Shown here: piece after piece, positions 38,383-48,239 of the stretch
How the letters are laid out: every line of letters starts with the position of its first letter
Numbering within the stretch: position 1 is the stretch's first letter
Origin: a virus
Length of the DNA stretch: 64,000 nt
Virus record (IMG/VR): IMGVR_UViG_3300008954_000003
Span: 64,001 to 128,000 of that record
Direction: 5' to 3' (one strand)
Position numbers and translations under genes: made by a program
The notes under the pieces: generated by a model
What the model saw: only the letters and a program-made list of their open reading frames with translations
What the model was told of the DNA's origin: nothing
The model's database searches: none

Positions 38383-39234
38383 ATGAGAAACAACGAAGAT
38401 CGGTTTCAAAAACCAGTCGAACAACCAAAATATAACATCAATAAAGAGATGCAACAAGACACATCTCAATATCGAATCCCAACAGACTTTGTTGAGCTTC
38501 CATCGAGAGGAATGTTTTATCCAAAAGAACACCCTCTTCATCGAAAAGGAAACGTTGAAATCAAATATATGACAACAAGAGAAGAAGACATTCTTTTGAG
38601 TCCAAGTCTATCAGAACAAGGCTTGACAATGGATCGCCTCATTCACAGTCTTTTTGTCGACAAAAGAATTGATCCATCAACGTTGTTAACGGGAGATCGA
38701 AACGCCATAATTGTTAATGCAAGAAAAAATGCTTATGGTGATAAGTATGAAGTCCCGCTTGAGTGTTCAAAGTGCGGGAAAGAGGCGACAGCAATGGTGG
38801 ACCTAAGTTCAGAAAAGCACATGAAAAAGCTTCCTGAAGATGATGGTGTAGAATACACAGAAAGAGGGACTTTCTTTGTTGAATCCCCACTTAGAAAGGC
38901 CCGTGTTGAAATGAAGCTTTTAACTGGGGAAGACGAAAAAGCCATTGAGGATTCCATTGGGCGCAGAGTTCAGAAAGGACTCCCCGAAGAAGAGGTTACA
39001 ACCAGATATCGCCGCATGATTGTGTCGGTGGACGGCAAAACAGAGTTCAGTCTCGTTGCAAGCTTCATCACAACGATGTCGATTTTTGAATCCAGGCAAC
39101 TCAGAAAAATTTATGATAGGCAAATGCCAGATTTTCAACTGGTTGTTTCATTTGAGTGTGAAAACAAAAAATGTGGACATTTGAATGAAGGGGGTGCGCC
39201 GATTACTCGGAACTTTTTTTGGCCTGACAATTGA
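38383..39234 (+). CDS. tail assembly chaperone / baseplate hub assembly protein (T4 gp26-like)
   Basis: VELPSRG.FY, MTTREEDIL, GDRNAI...R..YG..Y, CxxC, terminal FFWPD. Confidence 0.8.
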   Translation: MRNNEDRFQKPVEQPKYNINKEMQQDTSQYRIPTDFVELPSRGMFYPKEHPLHRKGNVEIKYMTTREEDILLSPSLSEQGLTMDRLIHSLFVDKRIDPSTLLTGDRNAIIVNARKNAYGDKYEVPLECSKCGKEATAMVDLSSEKHMKKLPEDDGVEYTERGTFFVESPLRKARVEMKLLTGEDEKAIEDSIGRRVQKGLPEEEVTTRYRRMIVSVDGKTEFSLVASFITTMSIFESRQLRKIYDRQMPDFQLVVSFECENKKCGHLNEGGAPITRNFFWPDN

Positions 39235-39367
39235 ACATTTAAACAACTGCTATAAAGGCTTGCTCATGATGAATGTCCGTGGAAACTGGGGGTTCTCTGA
39301 GGCGTACAATCTTCCTATTCCTTTGAGAGATCTGATCCTTGAAGAGATGCACAAAGAGGGTAAATAA
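39214..39367 (+). CDS. frameshift extension of the tail assembly chaperone (lambda gpT-like)
   Basis: T7 run at 39214-39220 links the FFWPDN frame to the FFGL...WGFSEAYNLPIPLR frame; lies just before tape measure. Confidence 0.7.
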
Positions 39368-39377
39368 TCATCTTGTT

Positions 39378-39387
39378 TCTATTTATA
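39378..39387 (+). promoter_or_regulatory. putative late promoter TCTATTTATA
   Basis: Intergenic before tape measure; SD GAGGTG follows. Confidence 0.65.
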
Positions 39388-39405
39388 ATCGAAGAGGTGA
39401 TTTAA

Positions 39406-41019
39406 ATGGCTGATATAGCTGATCTTGTTGCTGCGATATCTGGGGATCCTGCTGTAAGTGCTGCGGTTTCTAAGAGCAAAAGCGTGAGTGGCGTCCTTAA
39501 AAATCTTGTTGGAGGGTTTGTTGAAAAACCAAATCAAGTAAAGGACCTCGCAATGGACTTTGCGGACTTAGATGGAAGCGTTACTGGCGTTGTAAAGTCT
39601 GCTACGAATTTATCTGAAATTATGACAGGGCAGTTCTGGAATGTGGCGATGAATACCACAAGGGGACTCCTACAAATAACAAAAAAACTTGCTTCTGAGA
39701 ATGGAAAGAACCGTATTGCAATGCAAAATACGTTTGGAATTCCAATAAGGGAGGCAAGACTATATCAGCAAGAAATAAACAAATTAACCCATAGACTTCA
39801 TAAGTATGGCGGAACAAATAAGGAGTTAACGAAGACATCTCTTATGTTTTCAGATAGTCTGAACGTTTACTTGTCGAGAGATTTTCCGAAACATCGAGAA
39901 GGGTTCTTGAAAAACGCAACGGTATTAAATCAGTATGGCGTTTCAACAGAAAACGTTATTAAGGTAACAAACAAACTAACAACTGGTTTTGAAAAAGGCA
40001 TAGACAGAACAAAAACCTTGTCTGCTACGTTGATAAAATTTTCAAAAGAAACAGGTCAAAGTGTTAATAAAGTCTTTTCTTCTTTCGCAGAAAACATTGA
40101 TAGATTTAATACAAGTGTCGGAGAAGGTTCTCTTGAATACGCAACAAAAGAATTCACAAAAATGCAAGCAGCTTCACAGCGTTCTGGTATGAGTATTAGC
40201 AAGTTGACAGACATGGTTCAGAAATATGACACCATGGAAGGTATGAAAGCAGGTGGAAAGCTGAACATGCTTTTGAGCCAGTTGGGTTCAGGAATTGATC
40301 CGACAAAACTTATGGGCATGACCCAATCGGAAAGAGCTGCATATATGATTAGACAAGTCGGCGCGGCCAAAGGTGGTCTGTCAAAATTTGGAAGAGAAGG
40401 GCAAAGAGCAATCATTGGAGACATCTCAAAAGCGTTGGGAGTTCAGTCTGGTGAGGTTATGAAGATGCTGAATCCTGAAACAGCAGAAGGTGTTGGTCGG
40501 CAGATTCATAGAAAAGGCAGAGGAAAACTTGCAACACCCGATGATATGGTAACAATGGATAAGGGTGCAATAGAACGAGTCTCAAAAGAAACAATGCATA
40601 GGCAGCAAGTTGAAGGTCTTCAAAAAGCCTCGTTGCTTTATGAACAGTTTACAAGGCGTGCAGATAAGGCAATGGCAGAACGCATGAGAGGGGCCAACGT
40701 TGAAAGGTTTTCAACAGCGGCAGTTTCAACAGTAGCAAGGGCCGCTGATAAAGGCGGCAAGGTGATGGGTGAACTTGTGGGGCCAACAACAAAAGTGAAA
40801 GATGAGGGTGGCTTTTTAGGGGTTAAGGCAGAAACAACAAAAGTGAAAGATGAGGGTGGCTTTTTAGGGGTTAAGGCAGAAACAGAGAGAAAAGAATTCA
40901 ACAGTAGAATCTTGGAAGTAATAAAAGAAAGCAACAAAAACAACCAAGAAGTTGCCAAGATGCTTGCGAGATTAGATATGACTCTGAATAAGAAATCAAC
41001 AATGTCAGGTATTAAATAA
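39406..41019 (+). CDS. tape measure protein
   Basis: Helical, Ala/Gly/Met-rich; follows the chaperone and its frameshift. Confidence 0.7.
   Translation: MADIADLVAAISGDPAVSAAVSKSKSVSGVLKNLVGGFVEKPNQVKDLAMDFADLDGSVTGVVKSATNLSEIMTGQFWNVAMNTTRGLLQITKKLASENGKNRIAMQNTFGIPIREARLYQQEINKLTHRLHKYGGTNKELTKTSLMFSDSLNVYLSRDFPKHREGFLKNATVLNQYGVSTENVIKVTNKLTTGFEKGIDRTKTLSATLIKFSKETGQSVNKVFSSFAENIDRFNTSVGEGSLEYATKEFTKMQAASQRSGMSISKLTDMVQKYDTMEGMKAGGKLNMLLSQLGSGIDPTKLMGMTQSERAAYMIRQVGAAKGGLSKFGREGQRAIIGDISKALGVQSGEVMKMLNPETAEGVGRQIHRKGRGKLATPDDMVTMDKGAIERVSKETMHRQQVEGLQKASLLYEQFTRRADKAMAERMRGANVERFSTAAVSTVARAADKGGKVMGELVGPTTKVKDEGGFLGVKAETTKVKDEGGFLGVKAETERKEFNSRILEVIKESNKNNQEVAKMLARLDMTLNKKSTMSGIK
40785..40880 (+). 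repeat. 48-bp exact tandem duplication (TTKVKDEGGFLGVKAE x2)
   Basis: Read directly; AACA microhomology at the junctions. Confidence 0.95.
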
Positions 41020-41030
41020 GGGAGAAAGAG

Positions 41031-41840
41031 ATGCCAGAAGTTTTAGCAGGAGATGTTCAGTTAGCGTTGTTGTCAGCACATGCTTTGCCAGCAGAGACAC
41101 AACTTGCTTCACGTTATCCTTTTTCAAATATTATCATAACGTTTCCAACGAGGGATAAGGCACCGCCGCTTGTGTTCCCTGCTTACATTTCAGATTTGAA
41201 AGACGCTTTCAACTCAGCCTATAATCAGGTTCCTGTCTATGGTCGAATGGACAACATCCCTGTATTCCAAAGAACAACGAGGAAGATAACGTTCACACTT
41301 GGCCTTCCAACGTTCAATGAGATTAATTCAAATCAGGTTTTAAAACAATTATCAGAATTGGCCAAAGGTCTTTATCCGACTTATGAAAAATACGGTGAAG
41401 AGTTTGGAACATACATCATCAATAGCCCCCCTTTGGTGCGAATCAAGTTTGGAAATCTTATCTGTAGTCCGCGAAACAACAAACTTGGCCTTCTTGGTTA
41501 TCTTGGTGGTGGGATAACAGTCGATCACAAAATTAAAACAGTTGGCGTTCATGTTGTTGCAAAAAACGGTCGCGGTTTTTTAATTCCAAAAGCTTATGAG
41601 ATTTCAATTAATTTCGATATCCTTCATGAGGATGAGGTTGGTTGGGTTCGAAGTGGTGACGACTATAGATTTAATACGAAACAACAGTTTCCATACAAAA
41701 CAGACACATTCACATCAGATAACCCTGCCTTCTTTAGCCAGAAGGGCAGCAAAGGGCAGGCTCAAGACAACGACAACGATGTCAAGAGAAAGAAGGAGAA
41801 TCCCAAATCAGCCAAGCTTGAGAAGGTGTTGGGGAAATAA
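41031..41840 (+). CDS. baseplate tube-initiator-like protein
   Basis: FPAYI....D.F, YGRMD.I..FQ.TTRKI, SPPLVRIKFGNLI. Confidence 0.7.
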   Translation: MPEVLAGDVQLALLSAHALPAETQLASRYPFSNIIITFPTRDKAPPLVFPAYISDLKDAFNSAYNQVPVYGRMDNIPVFQRTTRKITFTLGLPTFNEINSNQVLKQLSELAKGLYPTYEKYGEEFGTYIINSPPLVRIKFGNLICSPRNNKLGLLGYLGGGITVDHKIKTVGVHVVAKNGRGFLIPKAYEISINFDILHEDEVGWVRSGDDYRFNTKQQFPYKTDTFTSDNPAFFSQKGSKGQAQDNDNDVKRKKENPKSAKLEKVLGK

Positions 41841-41845
41841 TAATT

Positions 41846-42190
41846 ATGGCAGTTTCAAGATATAAAACCGTGGATTTCATAAACAATGTTGATGAGGGGT
41901 ATAGTAAGATTTTCAAGAAGAGGGTTCATAAGAATGGCCTCGTTCAAATGCCAACTAATGAATTAACATATCCGTCTTTTGAGGAGCTAAAGGAGCTTCG
42001 AACTGTTGATGTCTTTTGGGGACTTGGCCATAGGTTTTACAAACTTGCCAATCAATACTATGGAGATCCTCAATATTGGTGGGTGATCGCTTATTTCAAC
42101 AAGGCCCCAACAGAGCACCATGTTCAGGTTGGAGACAGAATACAGATTCCATTACCGCTTGAAGAAGTTTTGAACCTCTATGGTCTATAA
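41846..42190 (+). CDS. LysM-like baseplate wedge protein (gp53-like)
   Basis: KLANQYYGDPQYWWVIAYFN...GD.I.IP. Confidence 0.8.
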   Translation: MAVSRYKTVDFINNVDEGYSKIFKKRVHKNGLVQMPTNELTYPSFEELKELRTVDVFWGLGHRFYKLANQYYGDPQYWWVIAYFNKAPTEHHVQVGDRIQIPLPLEEVLNLYGL

Positions 42191-42201
42191 GGTTTTAACG
42201 C

Positions 42202-44904
42202 ATGAGTAATATTAAGATATTTTTTCCACATGAGAATTTAAACCCGCAGGGGTGGGTGACAGACTTTTTGACAAGTCAAATCAAAAGCACAGACACCCTT
42301 GCCCAGGTTCTATATCACCCAAACATTGATCCCGTTGTTGCAAAAGAGTTCAACATAAGCCCTGACCTTCTAAAAGATATAAATCGCAAGAGGGTGATTA
42401 AAGATGAGCAAATGTTTTCATTGAACCCTTATCATCATGACGAGTTCGAATCGACAGTTTTGTCATCAAGAGATTCAAAATTTGAAAAGGTCAAGTACAA
42501 GGACTACGTTCAGTTTTTTTCAAACATTGACGAATCACAACTTGCTGTTCTTTATCCAAGAATGCGATTCATTTATCGTTTCAAAAAGAAAGCAGAGGAC
42601 AAAAACTGGACCGAAATCCCACTTCCATTTGAAATCAAAACAAATATAAAAGACATAACCGGAAACAGATTTTCGAGAGGTGATGGTGCGGGCATTGAAG
42701 GGATAACCGTCAAGAGAGATTTTTCAACGTATGCGTATTTGAAGGTCGTCAATGTAAGTGCAAGGTTTTATTTTCAAAGTATAAATATCCTGACAAGAGA
42801 ACGCCCTCATTCAAAACTTCCAGCAGATAAGCCATTTAGTTTCATCAAACTAATCGGTTCATTACCTTCTAAGACGGAGCAGATCCTTTTAGAATATGGT
42901 TGGGGAGTTAATAAGGACGTTGACGCTTCAATAATCCCATCAGAGTTTCGAAGAGCAATTGAATTAAGAGAGAGAAAAAGATTCCCATTGAGATACGGAG
43001 GACACAACTTCAGTTTTGATCAGGATGGTTCGGTTAAATTGGGGGTTGAATACTTCTTGTCAGCAGAGGCCGATCTTTTTTCTGAAGGAGATACAGCTAT
43101 CGTTGGGAACCCTGCTCTTATGGAGGCTACAATAAAAAACAAGAGCACACGAGATGCAGCAAAGAGCTATCTCGGCGGCAAAAAGAGACTTGAAGAGATA
43201 AACAAAGAGTTGAATAAAGAAGGGCAGGCATCTAAGAAGAAGGGAATCATTGAGGTCGGCAAAAAAGGTTCCGATGCCAAAAAGAACTCAAAGAAAAAAG
43301 ATAAAAAAATGAAAGAGTTGGTTGACGAACAGAGAGAGCTGTCAAAACAGGTTCAGGCTCTGAGAAAATTGTTGGCTCCAAAAGATTCTGAGATGTTTAT
43401 CAATTATTTGATTGCAAAATATCAAATGTTCATGATCTCTTTTGAATCGAAAGAAGAAGAGAAGGATGATGATCCCGTGTTCACCGTTGATGGGAACCTT
43501 CACCTTGTTGTCCCTAAGAAAGGTACGAAAGATAGGGAGTTCCTTCGCTTGGCAAAGATTCACAACGAATATCGACTTGAAGATTTTGATTTTTCAAAAA
43601 CCACAAACAAACTTGCAAATTTGACACCGGCAGAACGTGTGAAAGCTGTGAGTGGCGCAAGAGAAGCGGCATTGAAAATGTTTCGCACAACGTTTAATAC
43701 TCCGGTTGGGTTTCAAAAGGGAAAAGAATACGGTCACACAATGTTCTTTCCATTGAGGGCTCTTGTTGGTGCCGTGCTTGATCTGTTGCCAGTAGAAGAG
43801 AGAAAGAAAGTTCCTTTTGTTGGCCTTGGGAACATGATTGGTCGTTCATTTAATAGAGAGTACTCTTTGAACATTGGGGACGTTCTTATTGAAGTGAAAA
43901 CGTTCCAAAAATGGTATTATGAAAATGCAATCAAAGCTCAAAGAGTTGAGTATTCCTTTATTGACTTCATGAACGACATCACAGACAAGCTCATCCCAGC
44001 CGCTGTGTATAACAATTCTACAATCCTTAGCAAGAGTAACATTGGCCCTGTTAAAAGGACGTTGCTGTATATCGATTCAAAGCCGAGTAGAGATCTTTTA
44101 TTTGAGGTCTATAAGAGTTCTCATCGTGGAACATTTAAAAAGCTTTTGAATATTTGCCATGCACCAAACACTTTGGGAATAAGAGATGTCAAATCTTTGG
44201 TGTATTATCACCAAGTAACAAACGCGATGTCAAAAATAGTGAATCCATACCTTAGCGTGTCTGTTGGGTCGCTGAAGAACTTTAATGAATCAAGGGATGC
44301 AGCAAACGGAATTCCACATTTAAAGATCGGTGCAGCAAACGGAGTTTTGAAGTCTATGGACTTCTCTTCAGAAGATATGCCGGGTTTAAGAAAGGCTTTG
44401 TGGGATCAGACAAGATCAGATTCGGCTGCCACGGTTTTGAAATACACTTATACCGCAAACGCTAAAATGTTTGGAAGCAATTTGTTTTTTAAAGGCGGCT
44501 ATTTCGCAGTCCCAGCAAACCCTCTTGGAATTGTTGGGGCATACGATCCTGGTATTGTTGGATATTATGGTATTCACAACACAACAGATGTCATTGATGC
44601 CAACGGGAGTTATGAGACATCAATAGAGGGCATGTGGATTCACAACCCTGAAGATGTGAAGGAAAAGAAGAACAAAGCTGTTGCTGGGGATAACAAAACA
44701 ACAGAAAAACTCAAAGATTTTGTGTGGTACGATCCACTATCTTACATAAAGGATTCTTTTGAAAACGATCCAAACGTCCTTAAACGTCTTGGTCTAACAA
44801 AAGAGACAAAACCAGAAATCAAAAAGAAATCACAACCTGCAAAAGAAAAGCAAAAAGCAGGCTCTGTTGCGGAGAAGGTGAAAGACTCTTCAGAGGGACT
44901 ATAA
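42202..44904 (+). CDS. baseplate hub-like protein
   Basis: LLEYGW, IPHLKIG..NG, MFG..LF..G, G..GYY....TD..YETSIEG late-control/hub-like C-terminus. Confidence 0.55.
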   Translation: MSNIKIFFPHENLNPQGWVTDFLTSQIKSTDTLAQVLYHPNIDPVVAKEFNISPDLLKDINRKRVIKDEQMFSLNPYHHDEFESTVLSSRDSKFEKVKYKDYVQFFSNIDESQLAVLYPRMRFIYRFKKKAEDKNWTEIPLPFEIKTNIKDITGNRFSRGDGAGIEGITVKRDFSTYAYLKVVNVSARFYFQSINILTRERPHSKLPADKPFSFIKLIGSLPSKTEQILLEYGWGVNKDVDASIIPSEFRRAIELRERKRFPLRYGGHNFSFDQDGSVKLGVEYFLSAEADLFSEGDTAIVGNPALMEATIKNKSTRDAAKSYLGGKKRLEEINKELNKEGQASKKKGIIEVGKKGSDAKKNSKKKDKKMKELVDEQRELSKQVQALRKLLAPKDSEMFINYLIAKYQMFMISFESKEEEKDDDPVFTVDGNLHLVVPKKGTKDREFLRLAKIHNEYRLEDFDFSKTTNKLANLTPAERVKAVSGAREAALKMFRTTFNTPVGFQKGKEYGHTMFFPLRALVGAVLDLLPVEERKKVPFVGLGNMIGRSFNREYSLNIGDVLIEVKTFQKWYYENAIKAQRVEYSFIDFMNDITDKLIPAAVYNNSTILSKSNIGPVKRTLLYIDSKPSRDLLFEVYKSSHRGTFKKLLNICHAPNTLGIRDVKSLVYYHQVTNAMSKIVNPYLSVSVGSLKNFNESRDAANGIPHLKIGAANGVLKSMDFSSEDMPGLRKALWDQTRSDSAATVLKYTYTANAKMFGSNLFFKGGYFAVPANPLGIVGAYDPGIVGYYGIHNTTDVIDANGSYETSIEGMWIHNPEDVKEKKNKAVAGDNKTTEKLKDFVWYDPLSYIKDSFENDPNVLKRLGLTKETKPEIKKKSQPAKEKQKAGSVAEKVKDSSEGL

Positions 44905-44907
44905 TCC

Positions 44908-46200
44908 ATGGCTCTTATATCAACAGCGAAAAATGGTGTCGGGCCAAAAGAATTCTTCAATGAAAGAGAAGAATTTAACGAAGCTTTTCCAACGAAAAGA
45001 ACACAAATCGATCTTTGGAAAGAGATTCCGTATTATGGCAAAGTTGACACGGAAGGTGATGTCATTCTTGTTCGGGAAAGTAGGTTGAAATATTTATCTC
45101 GCATTGGAGATCCTGAGATGCTTGCTTGTTTGGATTTTGTGACCGATGCTTTTGACGATTTAAGAACAAAATACGAATCAGAGTTTCGATCCGGCGTGAT
45201 TAACCCCAATTCAAAGTTTTTCACAAACGACCTTGTTCCAAAAAGAGCGTGGGAAAGCTCAAACTCTTTTTATGGTGGACACATTGACGAGTTTTACTTT
45301 GGACTCCTCGGAGACAGGCTGATCCCCGTTCAGCACTCAAATCAGATAAAGAACTTTGATGATTTTCTCAAGGTCCTCTTGTCTTATATAAGAGACACAG
45401 AAATTCCTATGTCGAGAGTAAGCTTTCATGAAGGACCAGACGCATCATCATTGTCAACGGGGATGGTTATTGATCTCTTTGATCTTGATGAAGGGGATGA
45501 TTCTATACGACAAGAATTCATGGGAGATCCAAACTTTGAGTTCTTTTGTAAGCGTTGTGTCGAGTTCGGCTTTAAACTTGATAAAGGAATGCCCTGGAGG
45601 CTTGTGTTCGACATAAGGTCGGAGAAGGCCCTTCCTTATATTTCGCGATACATAAAGATACCAGACAATCCTGTTGAAATGTATCAATCGATATTTGGCT
45701 TGTACTACTACCCTTTGTTTGGGGCTTTTGATGGTGGAAAAGAGGACTATTTTGCAGAGTTTCGTTCGATTGTTGAGACAATGTATAATGCGTTCAAGAA
45801 CATTGCACCGTTTTATTACGAATTCATTGGCTCTGATGGTGTTTGTGGCAACATCATCAAAAAAGTGAACGAGCGTCCACCAATCGAGATTGAAGATCCA
45901 GCAGTGTTCTTTTTAAACTTTTTTTACAAGGTAAGACAGGTGGAAATCAATGCGAAATTAACTCTTCAAAGACAAAAGTTTCATGAAACATCATTTCTTC
46001 ATATCTTGAAGACGTATCGATCTGTCAAAAAAGAGAAAGAGGGGCTCAATAAAGCTCTGAAATACATTAACTATAATTTGGGGACCTTAGCTGCCCGATA
46101 TGATTCGCTGAACAACATTAACTTGCGTCGGAAGCAGGGATCTGGTACTATAATCAAGCCGGAATTGACGGCCAATAAGAAAAGCTTTCTAGGGTTCTAA
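44908..46200 (+). CDS. conserved hypothetical (baseplate region) protein
   Basis: YYGKVD, DFV.DAF, FGF.LDK..PWRLV.D. Confidence 0.55.
   Translation: MALISTAKNGVGPKEFFNEREEFNEAFPTKRTQIDLWKEIPYYGKVDTEGDVILVRESRLKYLSRIGDPEMLACLDFVTDAFDDLRTKYESEFRSGVINPNSKFFTNDLVPKRAWESSNSFYGGHIDEFYFGLLGDRLIPVQHSNQIKNFDDFLKVLLSYIRDTEIPMSRVSFHEGPDASSLSTGMVIDLFDLDEGDDSIRQEFMGDPNFEFFCKRCVEFGFKLDKGMPWRLVFDIRSEKALPYISRYIKIPDNPVEMYQSIFGLYYYPLFGAFDGGKEDYFAEFRSIVETMYNAFKNIAPFYYEFIGSDGVCGNIIKKVNERPPIEIEDPAVFFLNFFYKVRQVEINAKLTLQRQKFHETSFLHILKTYRSVKKEKEGLNKALKYINYNLGTLAARYDSLNNINLRRKQGSGTIIKPELTANKKSFLGF
46123..46151 (+). promoter_or_regulatory. sigma70-type promoter TTGCGT-N17-TACTAT
   Basis: 17-nt spacer and extended -10 TG; about 50 nt before PolA. 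Confidence 0.5.
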
Positions 46201-47384
46201 TGATTTTCAGTACAATGGATTCAAAAAACGAATGTGTTGGTATATTCGCTGATGGCGAAATATACATGGATGACATCCCTGATGGGCTGTCTGCGACGTG
46301 GGAGTTCACCAAAAATTCAGACTTCCCTGGGGTTGAGTACGTTAAGCTTTATTGTTTGGGCAAAACCCTTAGTGATGTTTGCCCTGAGAGACTTGAAGAG
46401 GATTGGGAAGACTCCTGTAACAGAATGAAAGCTTTCATTAAGTCATTTAGGATTTCAAAAATTTCACTGAATGAGCATTGTTTTTACGATCTTGTCCCAG
46501 AGAGGTTTTTAAAGGAGTACTTCACTCTTAAAAATGAAATTGTTGGACATGTACTTGAAACCCATGAAAGACCAAAAGATTACGATCTTTTGTTAAGCTT
46601 GAGCAAACTCATTACAAGGATTTCAGAACAGGAAATCTCTTTGAATAGAGATTCTTTGAAAGGGGAGCTTGCCGATAAACAAGTCCTTAAGTTTTACAAA
46701 GGGTCAAGGGATTTGAGCAAGTACATAAAGTATGTGATTGAAGGGACAAAAACAGGTAGGCTGGTAACTGAACGTGGAAGTTTTCCAATTTTAAACCTCG
46801 ACAAAAAGGTTCGAAAGGCTATAATCCCAAAGAATGACAGGTTTGTTGAGCTAGATTTCAACGCCAACGAACTGAGAGTCTTTTGTTCTCTTGCGGGGCA
46901 GGAGCAACCACACTCTGACATTCATGAATGGAACCGAAAGAATTTATTCAAGAATGGCCTGACAAGAGATCAGGCAAAGAAGAATATATTCACATGGTTC
47001 TATGACGTTGGACGAAATGACGAGCTGCTTGAGAAGTTTTATGATAGGCCCAAGGTCATCCAAAAGTTTTTCGATGGCCAGAGCGTCACCACAGTCTTTG
47101 GAAGGACCATTGAGTCGGATGATCGGTGTGCCTTCAACAACATCGTGCAGAGTACAGCGAGTGACAACTTTATGCGTCAGGTTATAAAGGTCGATGAGAT
47201 GCTTGCAAAGAAGAAGTCTTTTGTTGCATTCATGGTCCACGATTCAATCGTTCTTGACTTCTCTGTTGAAGATACGGGGACCTTAAAAGAACTCATCAAA
47301 ACTTTCGAGGAAACAGAGCTTGGGAAATTCAAAGCAAATGTGAGTGTCGGCAAAAATTATGGGAGTATGAAAAGATATGATTAA
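46200..47384 (+). CDS. minimal family A DNA polymerase (polymerase domain only)
   Basis: TKTGRL, motif A LDFNANELR, motif B RDQAKKNIFTWFY, N.IVQSTASD, motif C VHDSIV. Confidence 0.82.
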   Translation: MIFSTMDSKNECVGIFADGEIYMDDIPDGLSATWEFTKNSDFPGVEYVKLYCLGKTLSDVCPERLEEDWEDSCNRMKAFIKSFRISKISLNEHCFYDLVPERFLKEYFTLKNEIVGHVLETHERPKDYDLLLSLSKLITRISEQEISLNRDSLKGELADKQVLKFYKGSRDLSKYIKYVIEGTKTGRLVTERGSFPILNLDKKVRKAIIPKNDRFVELDFNANELRVFCSLAGQEQPHSDIHEWNRKNLFKNGLTRDQAKKNIFTWFYDVGRNDELLEKFYDRPKVIQKFFDGQSVTTVFGRTIESDDRCAFNNIVQSTASDNFMRQVIKVDEMLAKKKSFVAFMVHDSIVLDFSVEDTGTLKELIKTFEETELGKFKANVSVGKNYGSMKRYD

Positions 47385-48207
47385 TGTTATTGGTTTGGGA
47401 CATGCCGGGTGCGCTATTGCAACAAAATTCCTCTTTGACACCGCCAACTATAAAGTTCTTTTAATCGATGCGGAAGGATCCCTTGATGGCCCCGGAACTG
47501 TGCTTCTTGGCAAGCAAGAGTCGTTCAGGGCTTATGAGGAAAACACACCTTTTGTATCTGAATTCACAGAGCTGGAGGGGAAGGTATATTTTATCCTTGC
47601 TGGTGGTGGTGACGTGACGGGGAGCACGCTTGTTTTGTTGGAGCAATTGAAAAAGAAGGACATAACTGTTTTCTATATCAGACCAGACCTCGATCTTTGT
47701 TCTGAGGACCAAAGACTGAAAGCCAGGGCAACGTTCAAAATCCTTCAAGAGTTTTCACGTTCAGGTTTGTTGAGCAACATGGTTCTCTTTGATAACAAGA
47801 AGATAGAGAAAACTCTTGAAGACCTGTCCATAATGGACTACAATAGAAGAATAAATGACGTGATAAGTTCAGCAATTTTGATGAGAGATTATGTCGTAAA
47901 TACAGATTCGGTTGCCGGTGAGTTTGTTGAACCAAAAGAAATATCCAGGATTGCAACCATTGGAATGTGTAATATTGAGAGCGAAGAAGAAAACTATTTC
48001 TTTCCTTTTGAGAACATTCGTGAAAAGCAGTATGGATTTGCTGTCCCCTCTGAGGAACTTGAGGGTCGAAAGTTTATTTTCGGAGATGTTCGAAGGGTAT
48101 TGGCCAAGAACGATGATGACCTATGTGTTTCGTATAAAATTGTGCCAACAGATTATCGCGAAAGATACGTTTATATTTACGCTTTTACCAACTTTATTCA
48201 AGATTAG
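47377..48207 (+). CDS. divergent tubulin/FtsZ-family protein
   Basis: NVIGLGHAGCAIA (T1 loop), ILAGGGDVTGS (degenerate T4 loop), IRPD, LFDN, INDVI. Confidence 0.65.
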   Translation: MINVIGLGHAGCAIATKFLFDTANYKVLLIDAEGSLDGPGTVLLGKQESFRAYEENTPFVSEFTELEGKVYFILAGGGDVTGSTLVLLEQLKKKDITVFYIRPDLDLCSEDQRLKARATFKILQEFSRSGLLSNMVLFDNKKIEKTLEDLSIMDYNRRINDVISSAILMRDYVVNTDSVAGEFVEPKEISRIATIGMCNIESEEENYFFPFENIREKQYGFAVPSEELEGRKFIFGDVRRVLAKNDDDLCVSYKIVPTDYRERYVYIYAFTNFIQD

Positions 48208-48210
48208 CCC

Positions 48211-48239
48211 TTGACACTTACCCAAAAGTTTGGTATAGT
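48211..48239 (+). promoter_or_regulatory. sigma70 promoter TTGACA-N17-TATAGT
   Basis: Near-consensus with extended -10; implies SSB starts at 48286. Confidence 0.85.

Noticed and set aside
47377-48207. PhuZ of a nucleus-forming jumbo phage
   Set aside because: Head and tail genes are T4-like, no chimallin or phage multisubunit RNA polymerase is visible, and the signature motif is degenerate
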